Shown here: one piece after another, positions 58,518 to 64,000 of the stretch | Numbering within the stretch: the first letter of the stretch is position 1 | How the letters are laid out: each line of letters begins with the position of its first letter | Source of the DNA: an uncultured Gemmatimonadales bacterium | Lineage (GTDB): Bacteria > Gemmatimonadota > Gemmatimonadetes > Longimicrobiales > Longimicrobiaceae | Assembly: GCA_963716255.1 (NCBI GenBank) | Contig: OY970303.1 | Coordinates: forward strand, 6,272,001-6,336,000 | Length of the DNA stretch: 64,000 bases | Direction: 5' to 3' | Made by a program: the position numbers and the translations under genes | Notes under the pieces: model-generated | Databases searched by the model: none | Told to the model about the DNA's origin: nothing | Seen by the model: the letters and a program-made list of their open reading frames with translations, nothing else

Positions 58518-59497
58518 CGGAGGACCTGTACGAGGAGGGGTTCCGCTTCGAGTTCCACCAGGCGGTGCGGCTGCTGGAGATCCTCCGGCCGGACGCGGCG
58601 CCGCTGGGGGAGGGGAGCGACGCGTCCGCCGAGGCGGTGCGCTTCCGCTCGCGCGTGGGGCTGGACTTTCCCGCGGCGGACGTGGTGCAGGTGTCCCGCC
58701 CGGACGGCGACGGGGCTCCCGCGGAGATGGCGGTGGCCTTCCTGGGCGCGGCCGGCGGCCTTTCGCCGCTGCCGCGCCCCTTCACCGAGCTGGTGCTGGA
58801 GCGCACGGCGAAGCGCGACACGGCGCTGCGCGACTTCCTGGACATCTTCAACCACCGCCTGGTGTCGCTGATGTACCGGGTGCGCAAGAAGCACCGGGTG
58901 GGGCTGGCGACCGTTTCGCCGGAGGAGACGGGGCTCGCGGAGCACCTTTACGCGTTGATCGGGCTGGGCACGCCGGGGCTGCGCGGCCGGCTGGGGGTGG
59001 ACGACCGCTCGCTGCTGGCGTACGCGGGGCTGCTGGCGCAGCGGCCGCGCTCGGTGGTGGGGCTGGAGCAGATGCTCGCGGACTACTTCGGCGCCGCGGT
59101 GGAGGTGGACCCGCTGCGGGGCCGCTGGCTCGTGCTGGACGAGGAGCAGCGGACGCGGATCGGGCGGGGGGGCGAGAACCACCGGCTTGGAGACGGGGCG
59201 GTGCTGGGGGGGCGCGTGTGGGACCAGCAGGGGGCCTTCGAGCTGCGGGTGGGGCCGCTCTCGCTGGACCGGTTCCGCGACTTCCTCCCCCCGGGGACGG
59301 CGTTCGGCCCGCTCTGCGACCTGACCCGCTTCTACGCGGGGACCGAGCTGGACTTCAGCGTGCGCCTGGTGCTGCGGGCCGCGGAGGTGCCGGCGTCGCG
59401 GCTGGGCGCCGCGGGGGGCACGCGGCTGGGGTGGACGAGCTGGCTGAAGACGCGCCCCGCGGGCGCGGTCGGGCAGGTCCGGCTCGCGCCGCGCTGA
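58481..59497 (+). CDS. tssG: T6SS baseplate subunit TssG
   Basis: FEFHQAVRLLE, DFLDIFNHRL, LGWTSWL; usual overlap with the tssF end. Confidence 0.93.
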   Translation: MGAEGGEAGRPVAEDLYEEGFRFEFHQAVRLLEILRPDAAPLGEGSDASAEAVRFRSRVGLDFPAADVVQVSRPDGDGAPAEMAVAFLGAAGGLSPLPRPFTELVLERTAKRDTALRDFLDIFNHRLVSLMYRVRKKHRVGLATVSPEETGLAEHLYALIGLGTPGLRGRLGVDDRSLLAYAGLLAQRPRSVVGLEQMLADYFGAAVEVDPLRGRWLVLDEEQRTRIGRGGENHRLGDGAVLGGRVWDQQGAFELRVGPLSLDRFRDFLPPGTAFGPLCDLTRFYAGTELDFSVRLVLRAAEVPASRLGAAGGTRLGWTSWLKTRPAGAVGQVRLAPR

Positions 59498-59628
59498 CGG
59501 GCCGTGCCGGCTTTCTTTTCCCGCGGGTGGGTTCCCCGCTTTCATTCCTTTCCCGCAACGGACGCGTCGTCGGCCCCGGGCCGCGGCGAGCCGGAGCCGT
59601 CGGAGCCGAACTCGACAGGAGCAGTGAG

Positions 59629-61015
59629 ATGAGGTCTCGCCAGGAAGTCGGAATGGCGGTGGCGTACGCCATCGCGGACCTCGCGGGCAGGGAGGTCGCG
59701 CTGGGGGCCAAGGTCACGGCGAACTTCCCGGAGCCGCTCGCGTGGGCCTACGACACCTCGGCCACGGCGTACGACACGCGCACGGCGGCGGTGAACCTCC
59801 TCCAGGGATCCTCGGAGGGCGGTCCGAAGACGGGGAGCGAGCTGTACCTCACCTACGTCCCCACGGCTGCGTGCATCGGGATGGCGGCGATGCTCGGGAT
59901 CAAGGCGCTCTACTTCGTCCAGGGCGGAGGGATCCACAAGCTGGCCCTGGCCGGCGGGGCCCCGGCGCTGGCCGCCGCCACTCCCGTGAACCTGAACCCC
60001 GGCGGGGCCGAGCGCATCCACCCGCCCATCCCCGACGTCGGCGACGGGGGGAGGGGGCGGCTGGCTGGCGGCGGGTCCGTTCAACCGCAGGAGGCTCGCG
60101 GGCGCGTGGGTGGACGCGCTCCCCGGCGCGCCGGCCGCCAACGCGCGGCTTCTCGCGGGGCACGTGGACCGCGTGGCCACCGTGACCGGCGTGGATCACG
60201 ACCCGGACTTCACGATGAGCGTGCCGACCCAGGCGGTGGGAGGGGTGCGCGCCGTGTTCCGGAACCGGCTGTTCATGGCGCTGGCGCGCGTGCTGGTGTC
60301 CCGGAACTGGCAGCCGCAGGCGCCGAGCGCGCTGAACCTGGACCTCCGCCAGGCGCTCGCGGGGTCCCGGGTGGCGCCGGGAAAGAACATCGGGGCGGTG
60401 CTGGTGAGCGCGACCAACCAGATCATCGGCTGGGGCGTGAACACCAACGATGCCCGCTCCACCCGGCACGCCGAGACCAACGCCATCCAGGCGTTCCAGC
60501 GGGAGGCGGGGACCGCGATCCCGGCCGGAGCGACCCTCTACTCGACGCTGGAGCCCTGCTACATGTGCGCCGGCCTGTTCGTGCACGCCGGCGGAACCAG
60601 CTGCGTGTACGAGCAGACCGACCCCGACATGGTGGGCAACACGGCGCTCTACACCACCCCCGGGGCGAACCTCCTGAAGCACGTGGAGGCGTATTCCGGG
60701 GCGGTGGACGTGGTGGACCGGGTCCCGGTCCCGCGGGCCCCCACGGTGAGGACGATGGGACAGGCGCTGGACGATGGGCTCGTGCGGTTCCGCCAGCAGG
60801 TGGGCGTGGGCCAGCGCGCCACCGCCGCGGACTACCTGCGCAGCGGGAACCCCGCGTACGAGGTCTACAGCCGGGCGCACGAGCGGCTGGTCGTGGCGGG
60901 GATGGGAGCGCAGAACTTCGCCGAGCGCACGCTCTGGCAGGAGGTGCTGGACTTCCTGCGCAGGGGACACGCGGGGGAGGTGGGACTGCAGCCGCACCTG
61001 ATGATGATCGACTGA
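59629..61015 (+). pseudogene. Tandem deaminase (Bd3614-like), split by a +1 frameshift at the G6-A-G5 tract (60046-60057)
   Basis: AGGAG RBS and ATG 59629; degenerate domain TAAVNLLQG...LYLTYVPTAACIGM; after the shift, intact HAETNAI...TLEPCYMCAG zinc-deaminase motif. Confidence 0.75.
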
Positions 61016-61066
61016 GGCGGCCCGGCACCCCGGCTCCAGGACGGCAGTACGGAACACGGAACGACA

Positions 61067-61100
61067 GCGCCCCACCGGGAGAGAACTCCCGGTGGGGCGC
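61067..61100. terminator. Perfect 15-bp hairpin between convergent genes
   Basis: gcgccccaccgggag-agaa-ctcccggtggggcgc; no clear U-tract. Confidence 0.5.
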
Positions 61101-61107
61101 CGTCTGC

Positions 61108-61234
61108 GTGAGGGATTACGGCCCGAAGGGGCGAGACCGCGCGGCTGTTTGCGCGGGCTCGACTCCGTTGCAGACGGTCGTTTCGTCTGCTACGGAGCCG
61201 AAGCCCGACCCCGGCGCCAGCCGGGGGCACGCCC
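61108..61234 (+). repeat. Structured intergenic repeat, copy 8
   Basis: Matches the scaffold. Confidence 0.95.
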
Positions 61235-61246
61235 GACCCGGCTGTT

Positions 61247-64000
61247 TCAATCCTCCTCCAGCAGCCTCCTCAGCTCTTCCTCGGACAGGTCCGCGATCCT
61301 GGACACTTCCTCGTCGATCTCCCAGTCCTCCAGCTGCGTGACGGGGTCGTTCTCCTCGACCCACGCGGAGAGCCCGGCGACGGTGGGCGCCTCGAAGATC
61401 ACGCGCAGGGGAACTTCCACCCCCGTGGCGTCCCGGATCCGCGAGATGATGCGGACGGCCATGAGGGAGTGCCCGCCCAGCTCGAAGAACTTGTCGTGCA
61501 CCCCCACCCGCTGCAGCCCGAGCACCTCGGCCCAGATGGCGCAGATCTGCTCCTCCACCGCGGTGCGCGGACCCACGTACTCGGCCTCGCTCTTCCACTC
61601 CGGCGCCGGGAGGGCGCGCCGGTCCAGCTTGCCGCTGGGGGTGAGCGGAAGCGTCTCCAGCACGACCATGGCGGTGGGGATCATGTGCTCCGGGAGCCGG
61701 TGCGCCAGGTGCGCGCGCAGCGTCGTGGCGGACACCTCCCCCGCCGGCACCACGTACGCCACCAGCCGCTTTTCCCCCGGCGTGTCTTCCCGCGCCACGA
61801 CGACGGCCTCGTGGACCGACAGGTGCTCCCGCAGCGCGGTCTCGATCTCGCCCAGCTCGATGCGGAAGCCGCGCACCTTGACCTGGAAGTCGGTGCGCCC
61901 GAAGTACTCCAGCTCGCCGTCCGTCCGCCACCGCACCCGGTCCATCGCCCGGTACATGCGGCTTCCCGGCGCGCCGAACGGGTCGGGGAGGAACCGCTCG
62001 GCGGTGAGGTCGGGGCGGCCGGCGTAGCCGCGGGCGAGCCCGTCGCCGGCCAGGTACAGCTCGCCGGCGATCCCCGGCGGCACCGGCAGGAGGCCGGCGT
62101 CCAGCACGTACGCCCGCGAGCGGGCGGCGGGACGGCCGACCGTCACCGGGTCCGCGCCCCGGGGGACGAGCGCGCAGGTGGAGTAGGTGGTGTCCTCGGT
62201 GGGGCCGTACAGGTTGCGCACCCGGTCCACGGTGCCCAGCGCGTACAATCCCTGCGCGAGGGAGGCCGGAAGCGCCTCGCCGGCCAGGCTGACCGACTTC
62301 ACGGAGGCCGGGATCCCGCCCATGCGCAGCAGCTCGGCCGCGGCGGTGGGGACCATGCTCGCGTAGACGACCGGCTCCTTCACGACCGCCAGCTCCAGGG
62401 CGTTGTCCACCATCACCAGCGTGCCCCCCCAGCACAGCGTCCCGAAGATCTCGGCCACGCTGACGTCGAAGTTGACGGAGGTGGAGAACAGCGTGGAGGA
62501 CCGTTCCTCGTCCCCCACGATCTCCCGCAGCCAGTGCAGCAGGACGACGACCGACGCGTGGCGGATCATCACCCCGTTGGGCCGCCCGGTGGACCCGGAG
62601 GTGAAGATCACGTGCGACAGGTTCTCCGGCAGCACGCCGCTCTCGGGGACGTGCTCCGGCCCGGCGGACGGCGCCTCGGGCTCGGCGTCGCGGAGGATCA
62701 GCCCCGCCGCGCCCCCGGGGAGCCGCCCCGCGAGGCCGGACTCGGTGAGGACCAGGGCGATCCCGGCGTCCTCGACCATGAAGCCGAGCCGCTCGCGGGG
62801 GTAGGCGGGGTCCAGCGGGACGTAGGCGCCGCCCGCCCTGAGCACCCCCAGGAGCGACACGAGCAGCTCCGGCGTGCGGCTCAGGCAGACGCCCACCCGG
62901 GTCTCCGGGCCGACGCCGCGCCGGCGCAGCGCGTTGGCGAGACGGGCCGAGCGGCGCTCCAGCTCGGCGTACGTGGTGTGCTCGCCGCGCCACGACACGG
63001 CGACGGCGTCCGGGGTGCGCGCCGCCTGGGCGGCGAACAGGTCGTGCACGCGCAGGCCGGCCGGGTAGCTCCGCTCCGTGTCGTTCCACTCCTCCAGCAC
63101 GCGGGCCCGCTCGGCGGGAGGGAGGATGTCGATGTCGGCCACGGGGCGGTCGGGATCGGCGGCCATCGCGTCGGCGAGGGCGCGGAAGTGCCCGAGCATC
63201 CGCTCGATGGTGGCGCCCTCGAACAGGTCGGCGCGGTACACCATGGAGCCGGCCAGCGCCTCGCCGCCGTCGCGGAGCGTGAGGCTCAGGTCGAACTTGG
63301 CGGTGCTTTCCTCGGCGTGGAGCGGGTACACTTCCACGTCGCCCAGCGACAGCCGGTCCTCGCCGAGGCCCGCGCCCAGCAGGGCGAAGAGCACCTGGAA
63401 GAGCGGGGCGTGGTCCAGGCTGCGCTCCACCCGCAGCTCGTCCACCAGCCGCTCGAAGGGGAGGTCCTGGTGCGCGTGCGCCCCCAGCACGCCCTCGCGC
63501 ACCCGTCCCACCAGCTCGCGGGAGCCGGGCCGCCCCGCCAGCTCGGTGCGGATCACCAGCATGTTGACGAAGAAGCCGATCAGGGGCTCCAGCTCCAGGC
63601 TCCCGCGCCCGGCCACCGGGCTCCCCGCGACCACGTCGTCCTGGCCGGACCAGCGGGCGAGGAGCGCCTGGTAGACGGCAAGGAGGGTCATGAACAGCGT
63701 GGCGCCCTCCCGGCGGGCGAGCGCCCGCAGCGCCCGCGAGCTTTCGGCGGAGAGCACGAAGGCCCGCTGCGCGGCGCGGTCGCCGGCCACCAGGGGGCGC
63801 GGACGGTCGGTGGGGAGCTCCAGGAGCGGAGGGGCCCCGGCCAGGCGCTCCCGCCAGAAGGCGAGCTGCCGCTCCAGCGCCTCCCCCGTGAGCCAGCCCC
63901 GCTGCCAGACGGCGTAGTCGGCGTACTGGAGGCGCGGCTCGGGGAGCGGCGAGGGGAGGCCCCGGGAAAAGGCGTCGTACAGCTGGGACATTTCCCGCAC
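61247..64000 (-). CDS. Non-ribosomal peptide synthetase, 3' part (partial C domain, A, PCP, acidic C-terminal tail)
   Basis: QYADYAVWQ, LELPTDRPRP, AYVPLDP, FTSGSTGRP, YGPTE, GFRIELGEIE, FFELGGHSL; no TE; 5' end beyond the window. Confidence 0.95.
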   Translation of the reverse strand: MREMSQLYDAFSRGLPSPLPEPRLQYADYAVWQRGWLTGEALERQLAFWRERLAGAPPLLELPTDRPRPLVAGDRAAQRAFVLSAESSRALRALARREGATLFMTLLAVYQALLARWSGQDDVVAGSPVAGRGSLELEPLIGFFVNMLVIRTELAGRPGSRELVGRVREGVLGAHAHQDLPFERLVDELRVERSLDHAPLFQVLFALLGAGLGEDRLSLGDVEVYPLHAEESTAKFDLSLTLRDGGEALAGSMVYRADLFEGATIERMLGHFRALADAMAADPDRPVADIDILPPAERARVLEEWNDTERSYPAGLRVHDLFAAQAARTPDAVAVSWRGEHTTYAELERRSARLANALRRRGVGPETRVGVCLSRTPELLVSLLGVLRAGGAYVPLDPAYPRERLGFMVEDAGIALVLTESGLAGRLPGGAAGLILRDAEPEAPSAGPEHVPESGVLPENLSHVIFTSGSTGRPNGVMIRHASVVVLLHWLREIVGDEERSSTLFSTSVNFDVSVAEIFGTLCWGGTLVMVDNALELAVVKEPVVYASMVPTAAAELLRMGGIPASVKSVSLAGEALPASLAQGLYALGTVDRVRNLYGPTEDTTYSTCALVPRGADPVTVGRPAARSRAYVLDAGLLPVPPGIAGELYLAGDGLARGYAGRPDLTAERFLPDPFGAPGSRMYRAMDRVRWRTDGELEYFGRTDFQVKVRGFRIELGEIETALREHLSVHEAVVVAREDTPGEKRLVAYVVPAGEVSATTLRAHLAHRLPEHMIPTAMVVLETLPLTPSGKLDRRALPAPEWKSEAEYVGPRTAVEEQICAIWAEVLGLQRVGVHDKFFELGGHSLMAVRIISRIRDATGVEVPLRVIFEAPTVAGLSAWVEENDPVTQLEDWEIDEEVSRIADLSEEELRRLLEED

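Overview
Very GC-rich bacterial DNA; the gene styles and intergenic repeats suggest Gemmatimonadota/Longimicrobium, which is inference only. From left to right: an ABC-permease/M1-peptidase operon with a truncated ATPase, an outer-membrane barrel and a DUF2236 oxygenase; an orphan amidinotransferase; a sirtuin; a UbiD decarboxylase; and a TauE plus persulfide-dioxygenase/rhodanese pair. Next come an ECF42 sigma locus with four YciI genes and four matching TGTCGA-N15-TTCGAC promoters, a BNR-propeller plus MoaD-like pair, and a BTAD/LuxR regulatory cassette. Then a second, intact ABC/M1 operon, a decayed kinase plus KimA-like permease region, a B12 radical SAM enzyme, a DUF5715 protein and a secreted DNase I-like lipoprotein. 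A complete type VI secretion cluster (38550-59497) carries MORN, DUF4280 and SPOR accessory genes and is followed by a frameshifted tandem (Bd3614-like) deaminase and the 3' end of an NRPS. The most striking non-coding signal is a ~127-141 bp multi-stem element in 8 intergenic copies, whose hairpin stems differ in sequence but keep base-pairing and conserved loops. No rRNA, tRNA, CRISPR array or transposase was seen. Family assignments come from motif recognition by eye; no database searches were run.
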